From assembly GCA_029856365.1 (NCBI GenBank), contig JAHQWW010000021.1:1-45989 (forward strand): DNA of 45,989 nucleotides, written 5' to 3'. Position numbers and translations under genes: made by a program. The notes beneath the pieces are model-generated. The model searched no databases. It saw nothing but the letters and a program-made list of their open reading frames with translations, and was not told where the DNA came from. This document shows, in pieces, positions 30,131-40,100 of the stretch; the stretch's first letter is position 1, and each line of letters opens with the position of its first letter. Source of the stretch: Candidatus Hodarchaeota archaeon (GTDB taxonomy: Archaea; Asgardarchaeota; Heimdallarchaeia; Hodarchaeales; Hodarchaeaceae).

Positions 30131-31138
30131 TTGTTAATGAATAAGATTTCTACAAGAAAACTAGGACAATCTAATATTGAAGTTTCAGCTATGGGACTTG
30201 GGTGCTGGGCGATCGGAGGACCATTTTGGGAGGGTGATAAACCCCAAGGATGGAGTACTGTGGATGATAATGAATCGATTCGAGCAATTCAACGTGCTAT
30301 TGACCTTGGGGTAAATTTCTTTGACACAGCTGATGTTTATGGTGCAGGTCACAGTGAAAAAATCCTTGGAAAAGCAATTCAAGATTATCGTGATGATGTT
30401 GTGATTGCATCTAAGTTCGGAAACATGTTCGATGAAAAAACTAAGCAAATTATTGGTACCAATTCATCTCCTGATTACGTTCGTAAAGCGTGTCAAGCTT
30501 CCTTACAGCGCTTGAACATTGATTACATTGATCTTTATCAGCTTCATATTTGGACACTACCAGTAGAAGAAACTAAACCAATACTGGAAGTGCTAGACGA
30601 TTTAAAAGATGAGGAACTCATCCGTACATACGGTTGGAGTACAGATGTTACAAGTAATGCCCATCTTTTTGCCAAAAGTCCGAATTGTTCGGCTATTCAG
30701 CAGGAATTGAACGTCTTTATAGATGGCAGGGAGATAATTGAATTATGTGAGAAATACAATTTGGCAAGTATTAATCGCACTGTTCTAGCAATGGGCCTAC
30801 TTACTGGTAAATATAAATCAGATTCACAGTTACCTAAGGATGATATTCGAGGTAATGAACCAGAATGGATGAAATATTTTAAAGATGGTAAGCCAATAGA
30901 AGAATGGATTAAGAAACTAGATCTAGTGCGAGATATCCTCACTAGCGAAGGTCGAACACTCGTTCAAGGAGCACTCGCGTGGGTCTGGGCTCGTAGTGAA
31001 AAAACAATCCCTATTCCAGGGTTTAAATCTGTTGAGCAAGTTGAAGAAAACATTACAGCAATGGAATTCGGACCATTGAACTCCAATCAAATGCAAGAGA
31101 TAGATAAAATTCTAGGAGAACGATCTTATCGATATTAG
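30131..31138 (+). CDS. Aldo/keto reductase
   Basis: MGLGCWAIGG, FDTADVYG.GHSE, ASKFG, IDLYQLH and IPIPGFKS. Confidence 0.93.
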   Translation: MLMNKISTRKLGQSNIEVSAMGLGCWAIGGPFWEGDKPQGWSTVDDNESIRAIQRAIDLGVNFFDTADVYGAGHSEKILGKAIQDYRDDVVIASKFGNMFDEKTKQIIGTNSSPDYVRKACQASLQRLNIDYIDLYQLHIWTLPVEETKPILEVLDDLKDEELIRTYGWSTDVTSNAHLFAKSPNCSAIQQELNVFIDGREIIELCEKYNLASINRTVLAMGLLTGKYKSDSQLPKDDIRGNEPEWMKYFKDGKPIEEWIKKLDLVRDILTSEGRTLVQGALAWVWARSEKTIPIPGFKSVEQVEENITAMEFGPLNSNQMQEIDKILGERSYRY

Positions 31139-31212
31139 TTTTGTTTTTTTAATTAATCAGTAATATGTGAAACTGAAATTATACTTCTTTTTATTTAAGG
31201 TGTTTTTAATTA

Positions 31213-32046
31213 ATGGGACTTAAATTTGAATTAGAATTTGTTACAGATTATCATTGTGTCGCTAATACCAGTATGATACGTTCTGGAAATATTGGAGCTA
31301 TTATATTACGTAATTTTACTTGTATAATTGATACTTCGTCATACCCCGTTACTGCAAAATCTTTTCGTGCAAAAGTTGAAAAAAACTTCGGATTGCCTGC
31401 TAAATTCCTAATCTATACACATTATCACGGTGATCATATCTTTGGGGCTTCAGTATTTAAGGATCTAGTAATTATTAGTTCTAAACAGACTCAGAGGAAT
31501 TTGATAAATATAGACACCTTAAAATCGATAGAGGAATGGAAATATAACTTAATGAATGAGGATCCATTAGCAGAAGGCATTGAAATTATTTCTCCAACGA
31601 TTTGTTTCCTTGATAAGATGTTCATAAAAGATGAAGATCTTGAATTAGAGATTTGTCATGCAGGGGGACATACCTCTGGATCGACCTATGTGTACTTTCC
31701 GAAAGAAAAGGTCATTTTTACTGGAGATCTCATTTTTGAGGATATTTATCCTTATGTAGGGGATCCGACGTGCAATCCTGACAAGTGGATTGCCCAGTTA
31801 GAACAGATTAAGAAAATGGATATAGAAAGAATTGTACCTGGTCATGGACATATCCTGTTGAATAATAAAGAATTAGATAAACACATCATTTTTTATAAAT
31901 CCCTTCGAACTGGAATTAGGGAGGCTATTCAAGAAAAGATATCAATGAACTCAATACAAGCTCCTAATTTTTTTGAACTAGAAGCAGAAATTTGGAAACC
32001 AGTAGCAATTGAGGCTTGGTATAATTATTACAAAAGTCAAATATAG
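31213..32046 (+). CDS. Metallo-beta-lactamase fold hydrolase
   Basis: THYHGDH, GGHT, FTGDL and VPGHG. Confidence 0.9.
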   Translation: MGLKFELEFVTDYHCVANTSMIRSGNIGAIILRNFTCIIDTSSYPVTAKSFRAKVEKNFGLPAKFLIYTHYHGDHIFGASVFKDLVIISSKQTQRNLINIDTLKSIEEWKYNLMNEDPLAEGIEIISPTICFLDKMFIKDEDLELEICHAGGHTSGSTYVYFPKEKVIFTGDLIFEDIYPYVGDPTCNPDKWIAQLEQIKKMDIERIVPGHGHILLNNKELDKHIIFYKSLRTGIREAIQEKISMNSIQAPNFFELEAEIWKPVAIEAWYNYYKSQI

Positions 32047-32121
32047 GATGTAATAGCAATTCTTGGATAGACTGATTTTCATTTTTTTTGAAAGAAATAG
32101 CTTTCTTGATTCCTTGTTTTT

Positions 32122-32847
32122 TTATTTTGGCAGTCCTAGAAATTCTAACGTTTCCTCAGTCCACTGTGTGAAAGTGATTTTGTTATTTATTATTTGGTCG
32201 ACTTGATTCTTGTATTTTTTCGCAGCTGCTTCTGTGGGGATAATCAAAAAGCTATCTTTATTCTCAATAGCTTGCATACAAATCATTGGATTTTTCAATC
32301 CTGAAGTATCATCAGCGGTTGCTAGCTCAAGCTCTAAAATATACATAAAGTCTCTGGCTTTCACGTCATTAAAACCATATTTCAGCATGTTATCGTCAGG
32401 TGTTAAATCGAGTAATACTCTACTCCATTCTGTAATCCAGTACTCATCAGTGAACCAGTGGTCAAGAAACTCTTTTCGACGAGCACGAAGCTCGCTTAGC
32501 ACTACCATGTATCGTATCATACCCTCTCGTACTGATTTCATCAGTTTAAGACCTGTTTTATCAAAAAGCTGATTAAACTTCGCTCGTTCAATACTCAGGA
32601 GGATCATTAATTTTATAATTTCGTCAAGCTCTTTATCAGAAGGAATGGGCACATATTTTGAGACTTTTTTTAGCCATTCTATGGTTTGAGTGACATCATC
32701 AGAGCTTACAGTTGTTCCGCGATGGGATGTCATCTGTTGCTTTATCCAATCTTTGTTTTTTCTTAATAGTTTAACGCTATCACCTTCATTTACTCGACGT
32801 CGTCTTTTCCAATCTTTAATATCTATCAAAATCTTAGTAGTCTCCAT
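32122..32847 (-). CDS. Hypothetical soluble protein
   Basis: About 241-aa ORF with GGTGA (32856-32860) upstream of ATG 32847. No recognised family. Confidence 0.7.
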   Translation of the reverse strand: METTKILIDIKDWKRRRRVNEGDSVKLLRKNKDWIKQQMTSHRGTTVSSDDVTQTIEWLKKVSKYVPIPSDKELDEIIKLMILLSIERAKFNQLFDKTGLKLMKSVREGMIRYMVVLSELRARRKEFLDHWFTDEYWITEWSRVLLDLTPDDNMLKYGFNDVKARDFMYILELELATADDTSGLKNPMICMQAIENKDSFLIIPTEAAAKKYKNQVDQIINNKITFTQWTEETLEFLGLPK

Positions 32848-32999
32848 TTTAATATTCACCTTATCTGAGATTGAGCTAACATCGAAAAGAATCTTTAATC
32901 CTTTATTTTTAAAATAATTTCCAAGTATTTTTCTTTTTGTTTAATTAGTTCCTATATTTTTATTAGTTGAGGAATTCAATATATTCTGATTTATAAAAG

Positions 33000-35900
33000 C
33001 TATTTTGAATCGAATTTCACTAATATTGAACTAATTTTACCTAATCTAATCATCGAGGCATATGGTTCATTAATAACGTTTCCTGTAATGGAGATACTTT
33101 TTTCTTCTGTAATATTCAACTGAATTTCACTTATTTTTGTCTTATCATCGTAAGTATCCAGCATAAGGGGATTGTAATAAACAATCTTGCAATTCCCGAG
33201 GAATTGAAAGCTTATAAAACCTTCAGAATCAAATAACCAACTTGGTAATATTGGATTGAATTTTAAACACAACTTATTATTTTTAAATACGAATGGATGC
33301 TTTCCAACCATCATTAAAAGCCATATGTTTAGAAATTCAGCGGTTGCACCACTTAGTCTTGCATAAAATCCTGTACCATGTAGATTTTCATCAGTAAAAG
33401 CGCTACTTACAATAAACGACGAATTTTCAGCTAAATTTCTTCCATATACTTCAGCATCCTGAAAAGGAATGGCAACATTCTGGAAATCAAGGAAAAATTC
33501 TTCATAGAGACCTGCTTTAAGTAATTCAAGTAAGAACTTGTATTCCATATGAAGCCAGATTGACTCGTTTTCTAACCAACCAGGAGAGAAAGCTTTGGCT
33601 CTCCCAATATCAACGGGCTGCTTTGCAAGTGATTCGTTTAATTTATACATCTTTAACTTCTGATCAAAAAGATTACTATCTCTTACTTGCCTCCAAATTT
33701 CTCTAGCATCATCTTTATTGTGTTGTATTTTTAATGCTCTCACGAAACCTTCTAAAAACAGTGGTAGTGGAATTGGTTCAAATTTTTTCACTCTTACGTT
33801 TGGACATCCGGTTTCATGAATTTTTTCATTACCATGTTCATCAAACAGGATTTCAAATTTCTCTGCTTCATAGTAAAAGTAAGTTGGATATTTGTGATTA
33901 TTTATTTCCAGTGCCCGAGACAAGCCCCCCTCTATTTTTTGCAAAAAACGTTCTAGGATTTCCCTCACTATCTTAATTGCAATTTCTTTTTCTTCACCTA
34001 TGATTCCGAACTTTGTTCTCTTTCTGTAGCTTTCCCTTTCTGTTGAGACTAGATCCCAATAAGTAAAATGATTATTTTCTGATGAAAAATAATCATTTAA
34101 ATGGATTAATATAGCCTCAAGAAAATCGTAAACTTCCACTGGGACTTTAATAGACTTGTGAATCTTATTCTCTAAAGAAATCAACATAAATTTGATTATT
34201 CTTATTAGTTCATAAGTTTCAGGCATGGAGGAGCCAAAAATTCCTGGTAATCCATTCAATGCATCATACCAGCCTGGCTTATCTGCTTCCATTTCAATAC
34301 CCATCCCATATGGATCCAAAGTAGTAAATTTGACCAATACGAGGCAAAATAACTTAGAGAACAAATTTGTTTTATAGATGGAGCCAGTACCATTTTCTAT
34401 TCTTACTAAATTCTGGAGGTTATCTCTAGAATTTATTAACTCCTCTTTTTGCTTATCAATTGCTACTGAACCTAACTGTCTTATTTTCCCTTCAATTATT
34501 ACATATTTGTCTTCTCTTGGCCGAACCATGGCTGGATTGTCATAAAAAGTGAATATTTTCTTCTCAAAAAGTATTTCATCTTTTTTGTCAGGATAAATTG
34601 AAAGATAATCTTCTATAAGATCTAAGTTGTATGTCCAATGATCCACCCAATAACCTTCTCCATATGAAGCTTCAAAGATTTGATCGGAGTTTGCTAAAAC
34701 TGTAATCAAAAAATTACTAGGAGAAACCTGTAGGTTTATTTCGTGTTCTTTCACAAACTTAAGTAAACTCCCTGGAGTAAATGGCTTTTTAAAGAAATCT
34801 TTAATTGTACTCCTATCAATCACAAGATTCAAAATCTCTGATAAATTATTATTTTCAAGTTTGAAGCTCGAACCATTAAGCACTAATGGATTATAGCCAT
34901 CTAATTGAATTAAATTCATAAATGTAAATATATTAAAATACTGGACATCAGGGAGAATATGCACATCGCATCTTCGATTTTGATTTACATCTCGGTAATT
35001 TCCATTCCCTTGTGAGAAGAAATTGTTTTCTAAATAGAACCAATTATAATCTCGTTCAAGATCCCCGTGTTTTCGAAAGTATAGGTGAAATACAATAGGT
35101 GAATCTATTCTGTTTATTATCATTGGATAACCTCCCCGTAAAACGTTGTCCAAATAATTTTGTTGGCAATATATGTCGAATAATTTGGAAGATGTTTTTG
35201 TTTTTACTTTCTTGATTATTGAATCGATTATTTCTTCATTTTCATTTTCTTTAATACTAATATATTCTTTGTTAACAATTCTGTGTTTTTGACTGTTTAA
35301 CCAATTGATATCATTCACTTGTCCAATAATAGAGAAAATTTCCACTTTTTTTTTCGGATCTATGTTTAATTCAGTAATAAAAAGACCACAGGGGATTTTA
35401 TTAGTAGTGATTTGTTTTTTCTTAAGCAATTCTCCAGTTGGAAATTTTAAAAACGCATCAGGGTGAGATAAAGATGTATTTCTGCCAAAAACTCTCTCTT
35501 GATCAACAATAGGCTCCAGTAATCTACAATCTTCCTTTTCTTGAATAAAAGATAGGGAAAAATGTCCTGTTTTTATTTTCTCAACTTTTGTTTCATCTCC
35601 TATCCTTGAACTTACTTTATAGAAAGGGATTCTTTCGTTCATATTAGTGGTTTCAATCCACCCAATCCCAGTGTAAATCATATTTTTGAGAACTCCATGA
35701 TTAATCCCGAATGGAACCACAATTGGCAACCCGTCAAGTAGTGAAAACTTTATAGGAGATGATGAAACGTTTTCAATAGTTAATTTCCGAATTAATCCCC
35801 CAAAATCTTCATTTGGTATGGTAAAATATAATACATTAGTTTTCAAGCCGTGTTCTTTAGAAATTTCTTCAATCCCTAAACTATAATGATTTATTATCAT

Positions 35901-36227
35901 TCGTTCAATTTTATCGAATTTTCGATGATTTACAGAAAAAGGCTCATAATAATGGAACTTGTTCTCATCCTTAATCTTCAAAAAGGTCCTAAATCCAGTA
36001 TAAGGTACAGTTTGGTAGGACTTATTAGCAGGGTGAAATTCCATTATGGAGCTATTTTTATCTCTAAGCCCAAAACTTGCAATTCCTTGCCCCCTATTAA
36101 CATAGAAAACCCATAAGGGTATCCCCATTGAACCAGCAATCCCTGGTAAAAAACTAGCAAAAGGTTTCGAATTATTATAGTTCTCTATAATAAATCTATT
36201 CTTTTCATCGTAATAGTAATCACTCAA
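33000..36227 (-). CDS. GH161-type beta-1,3-glucan phosphorylase
   Basis: 1075 aa with KPFASFLPGIAG..GIPLWVFYVNRGQ, RKHGDLERDYN, QGNGNYRDVNQNRR, catalytic KPGWYDALNGLPG and GWLENESIWLHMEYK. The KPGWxDA loop fits GH161 rather than GH149 (RPEWNDAN). No signal peptide. Confidence 0.85.
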   Translation of the reverse strand: MSDYYYDEKNRFIIENYNNSKPFASFLPGIAGSMGIPLWVFYVNRGQGIASFGLRDKNSSIMEFHPANKSYQTVPYTGFRTFLKIKDENKFHYYEPFSVNHRKFDKIERMIINHYSLGIEEISKEHGLKTNVLYFTIPNEDFGGLIRKLTIENVSSSPIKFSLLDGLPIVVPFGINHGVLKNMIYTGIGWIETTNMNERIPFYKVSSRIGDETKVEKIKTGHFSLSFIQEKEDCRLLEPIVDQERVFGRNTSLSHPDAFLKFPTGELLKKKQITTNKIPCGLFITELNIDPKKKVEIFSIIGQVNDINWLNSQKHRIVNKEYISIKENENEEIIDSIIKKVKTKTSSKLFDIYCQQNYLDNVLRGGYPMIINRIDSPIVFHLYFRKHGDLERDYNWFYLENNFFSQGNGNYRDVNQNRRCDVHILPDVQYFNIFTFMNLIQLDGYNPLVLNGSSFKLENNNLSEILNLVIDRSTIKDFFKKPFTPGSLLKFVKEHEINLQVSPSNFLITVLANSDQIFEASYGEGYWVDHWTYNLDLIEDYLSIYPDKKDEILFEKKIFTFYDNPAMVRPREDKYVIIEGKIRQLGSVAIDKQKEELINSRDNLQNLVRIENGTGSIYKTNLFSKLFCLVLVKFTTLDPYGMGIEMEADKPGWYDALNGLPGIFGSSMPETYELIRIIKFMLISLENKIHKSIKVPVEVYDFLEAILIHLNDYFSSENNHFTYWDLVSTERESYRKRTKFGIIGEEKEIAIKIVREILERFLQKIEGGLSRALEINNHKYPTYFYYEAEKFEILFDEHGNEKIHETGCPNVRVKKFEPIPLPLFLEGFVRALKIQHNKDDAREIWRQVRDSNLFDQKLKMYKLNESLAKQPVDIGRAKAFSPGWLENESIWLHMEYKFLLELLKAGLYEEFFLDFQNVAIPFQDAEVYGRNLAENSSFIVSSAFTDENLHGTGFYARLSGATAEFLNIWLLMMVGKHPFVFKNNKLCLKFNPILPSWLFDSEGFISFQFLGNCKIVYYNPLMLDTYDDKTKISEIQLNITEEKSISITGNVINEPYASMIRLGKISSILVKFDSK

Positions 36228-36241
36228 TACCTGGCCTATCC

Positions 36242-37042
36242 TTATATATTATTTATTAATCGTAGAAGAAATTCTTTTACTCCTTCACCGTTTGGATGAT
36301 CTAAAATTCCTGATGAGAGATCCTTTAATCTCTTTGGGGATGATGGAAAAGTCCAAGACTCATTGGCAACCTCTGCGCAATGAATGTCATTTTCAGAATC
36401 ACCAATAAAGATCACTTTAAGATGTTGGAATTCCTGATGGAAGAACTCGTTCAGAAAGTCGGGTAGAAACAAACACTTCTTGACAAAGGGGGGAGAAATT
36501 TCTAGATATGTTTCATGGGAAGCACTAATCTGAATAAGATTAGATAATTTTCTGCATATATGTTCACGGAACCTTTTGATCTTCAATTTTTCATCAATTA
36601 ACAAAATCTTTATACATCTATCCGCAAATTCATTACTCCAAGGCACAGGTGTAATACCAGTTACTTTGGCTTCCCTTTCAACACCCGCGGAGAAATCGGA
36701 TACAGCCCAAAAGTTTGTTCCATAATATGTTGTGATGATATTAAAAGAAGATAGCTCTTCATTGATTTTATCAACGGTTTCACGTGGAAAATGAATGACT
36801 CTATCAAATTTTGTCCAAGTTGTAAGATGAAGAGCCGCTCCATTCAAGGAAATAGTAGGCACAAAATTAAAATAATCCTTTAAAACAAATTCAACGCCTA
36901 GGGGATGTCGTGCTGTCGCAATTAGAACGCGAGATTCATTAATATATTCTTCTAAAAGGATCATAAGATCAATGTTTGGTTTTTCACCAGTTTTAATCAA
37001 AGTACCATCCATATCTAATACTAATATGAAGTAATCAGTCAT
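36242..37042 (-). CDS. Cof-type HAD-IIB hydrolase (sugar-phosphate phosphatase/mutase candidate)
   Basis: DMDGT (motif I), ATAR (II), YLEI.P..V.K (III) and GDSEND (IV). Confidence 0.88.
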   Translation of the reverse strand: MTDYFILVLDMDGTLIKTGEKPNIDLMILLEEYINESRVLIATARHPLGVEFVLKDYFNFVPTISLNGAALHLTTWTKFDRVIHFPRETVDKINEELSSFNIITTYYGTNFWAVSDFSAGVEREAKVTGITPVPWSNEFADRCIKILLIDEKLKIKRFREHICRKLSNLIQISASHETYLEISPPFVKKCLFLPDFLNEFFHQEFQHLKVIFIGDSENDIHCAEVANESWTFPSSPKRLKDLSSGILDHPNGEGVKEFLLRLINNI

Positions 37043-37118
37043 CAGATGATATACGATCCTTTTTTAATATTAAATATATGACGTAAAGATTTTGGTTGAC
37101 TTATCATACCGCTAGTAC

Positions 37119-40100
37119 CTATTTATATAACCAACATTTTACCTGTCGTTCTTTGCCAGATAGTTTAACCATAGGAGGTTCAGCAGATTTACAATGGGTC
37201 ATCACTTCAGGACATCTTGGATGGAATCGACACCCCTTGGGAGGGTACCTTAAATCAGGGTGACTACCTGGTATGCTTCTCAATTCAGAAGATCGAGTGC
37301 CATCAGGGTTGAATCTTACAATAGAAGAAATAAGTAAAATAGTATAAGGATGAAGGGGATCGTTGATAATATCATCCATTAGACCCATTTCGACGATTTC
37401 ACCACAATACATTATGATTGATCTACTACATAATTGTCTGAGTGTAGCTATGTCATGGGAAACAAAGAGGATAGATTCAATAATTTTATCGTTCTTTAAG
37501 TCAGAGAGCATTTTTATCATCTGCTTTTGGGAGGTAACATCTAAAGCACTTGTTGGTTCATCTATTATCAAGAGATTAGGATTCCATAGTGTGGAGATCG
37601 CGATGATAACCCGCTGTTTCATACCTCCACTAAGTTCATGAGGGTAACGATTTAGAACTGACTTATCCAAACCAACCCTCTCGAAATGGTTTTCTGCAAG
37701 TTCGTATATTTCTTCTTTAGATCCCTTTTTCCCCGTACGTTCTTTCACCACATCCGTTATAAAATCCTTGATCTTTTTCACTGGATTCAAAGATTCCATC
37801 GATGCTTGGGGTATATAAGACATCAGCTTGCATTTTACATAAATCCTTAATACCTCACGCCTGATTTTGTAAATTTCAAATTTGTCAACAAGAACTTTTC
37901 CCTCTTCATAATGTAAAAGGGGTCTGGGCGTTCCTGTGAGAAGTTCTGCTAATGTAGACTTTCCACAACCCGATTCTCCAGCAAGACCAACAATTTCACC
38001 CCTTTTTATTGTTAATGAGACATTATCTACACCATGAACCACCCCAAAAGATCCTCGGTAAAATCCTCTCAGATTCTCAACTTCTAAAAGATGTTCTAGA
38101 AATATATCCTCATCTTCAACTTTAGGTTCTTTAATAACTCTTCCACTAATAGCTGCAACGACACTTTTATTGGAAGAACGATAACTTGGAATCGTTGTAC
38201 TCACAATTGTTATTATGAAAGATATAGATACCCAAAAAATAATCATTAGCGGATCCACATTCACCTTTATTGGAATACTTGTGGAAATGTACCATTGCAT
38301 AAGATATGAACCAATAATCCCCTCAATTATTCCAATAATAACAGCTGTTACCTCCAACATTGTACTTTCAGCTAAGAAAATGGAGAATACTTCCTTTTTC
38401 GAAATTCCCATAGAACGCATGATTCCTACTTCTCTTTCCATTTTCAACGTAGAGATTAGTATGCACACAAATTGAGCTAATCCAACCAAAAAAAATGATT
38501 CTAAGAATAAAATTTGAAATAATACAGCTTGCTTTCGAAGTGTTCCCTCAATCAATCCAGAATAAAGATCTATTGAAACTGTACGATGAAATTCATCATA
38601 CGTATCCATAAGAATTCTTGTTAAATTATTAACATTAGTATCATCTTCTATTGCCATAACGAACCATTTTGCTACTGATTCATCTTCTGAAGGAAATAAT
38701 TGGTCAAATAAAACATTAGATAGGTACAGATACAAACCTTGACGTACAAAAGGATTTCCCCTCACAATTCCATTTATAACGAGGTTTACTGTTATATTTT
38801 CTTTTAATATGATTGACACATTTTTACCTAAGTCCATGTTCAGATTCTGCAAGAGAAGATCACTAATAACTACACCTTGTTCAGAAGTATTCATCATCGT
38901 CATTAGATTAGGTTTTCTTTGGGCAATAATTGGATCTATAAACGTTTCATACTTAATTGGATCAATACCAAACACAATGATTCGCTCAGAACTTGAATTC
39001 ACAATCGTTGACTGTTCTTGTATAAAACTGGCTTCTAATATATCCCTATTACTCTCTAACTCTTCAACTATGCTAAGTGGTAACTCTTGTCCATCGTAAC
39101 ATTCTGCAATGATATCGATACCACCAAACTGATCATTGTAATAGCTTGGGACAGCTTCAATCAAAGCATTCGATATAATTCCAATGATAATGATGAATGA
39201 TAACGCGATGGCGCTTGTTAAAATCGTGATTGAAGATTTGGAGGCTTCACGTTTAACATTTCGTGATGAAATGACTTTGGCAATGGTTGAATGCCAAAAT
39301 AGATACTTTCCTACCTTGGGTAAGAAGTTTAGCAAACCAGTTTGAATTAATAATGCTCCAACAAGTATTAAAACGACAACAATGAAATGAAAAGAGAATA
39401 TTTCAAAAGATAAAAACCGTGATGGACCAATGAAGTAAGTTCCAATAAAACCAATTACACTCAACATTAGACCAGTTAGAAAGGTATATTTCCATGTAAC
39501 TTTCCATTTATACTCTAAATTTCGTTGCTGGTAATGGATACTTTGAACAGGAGGGAGTATGATAGCGAGTACAACTGGATAAATCCCTGCAACGAGTGAT
39601 ATTAAAATTCCTGTAACAAAAGCGGAACCTATGGACGCTGGTTTTATTACTAACTGGGAAACAGTCACTATTTCCACTGTTTGATTAAACATCGTTAAAT
39701 AAATTACTGAGAAAAGAAATCCTAGAAAAGTGCCCAAAAAACTCCCTAACACACTATAAACTAGAATTTCAATACCAAGAGTCAAAACGATCTGGAAGTT
39801 TGAGGTTCCTACCGATTTTAAGATCCCAAATTCTTTTTTCCGTTCATTCACATTTATCGTTAGTAGATTAGACAGAAATAAGATAGCTACTACAAAAGAT
39901 GCCAAAATAATTATGTTCATAGCTGTTTGATAAGAAGTTATTCCAATCTTAGATATTTCAGAAATTATTTTTCCTCTGATAACTAGGTAATTCTCTCCAA
40001 TTTTACCCTTTATATTTGTGACTATTTCGTCAATCTCAAGTAAATCATCAACTTCAACTACACATTCAATATGAAAACTCCATTTTACTTCTAATAGCTT

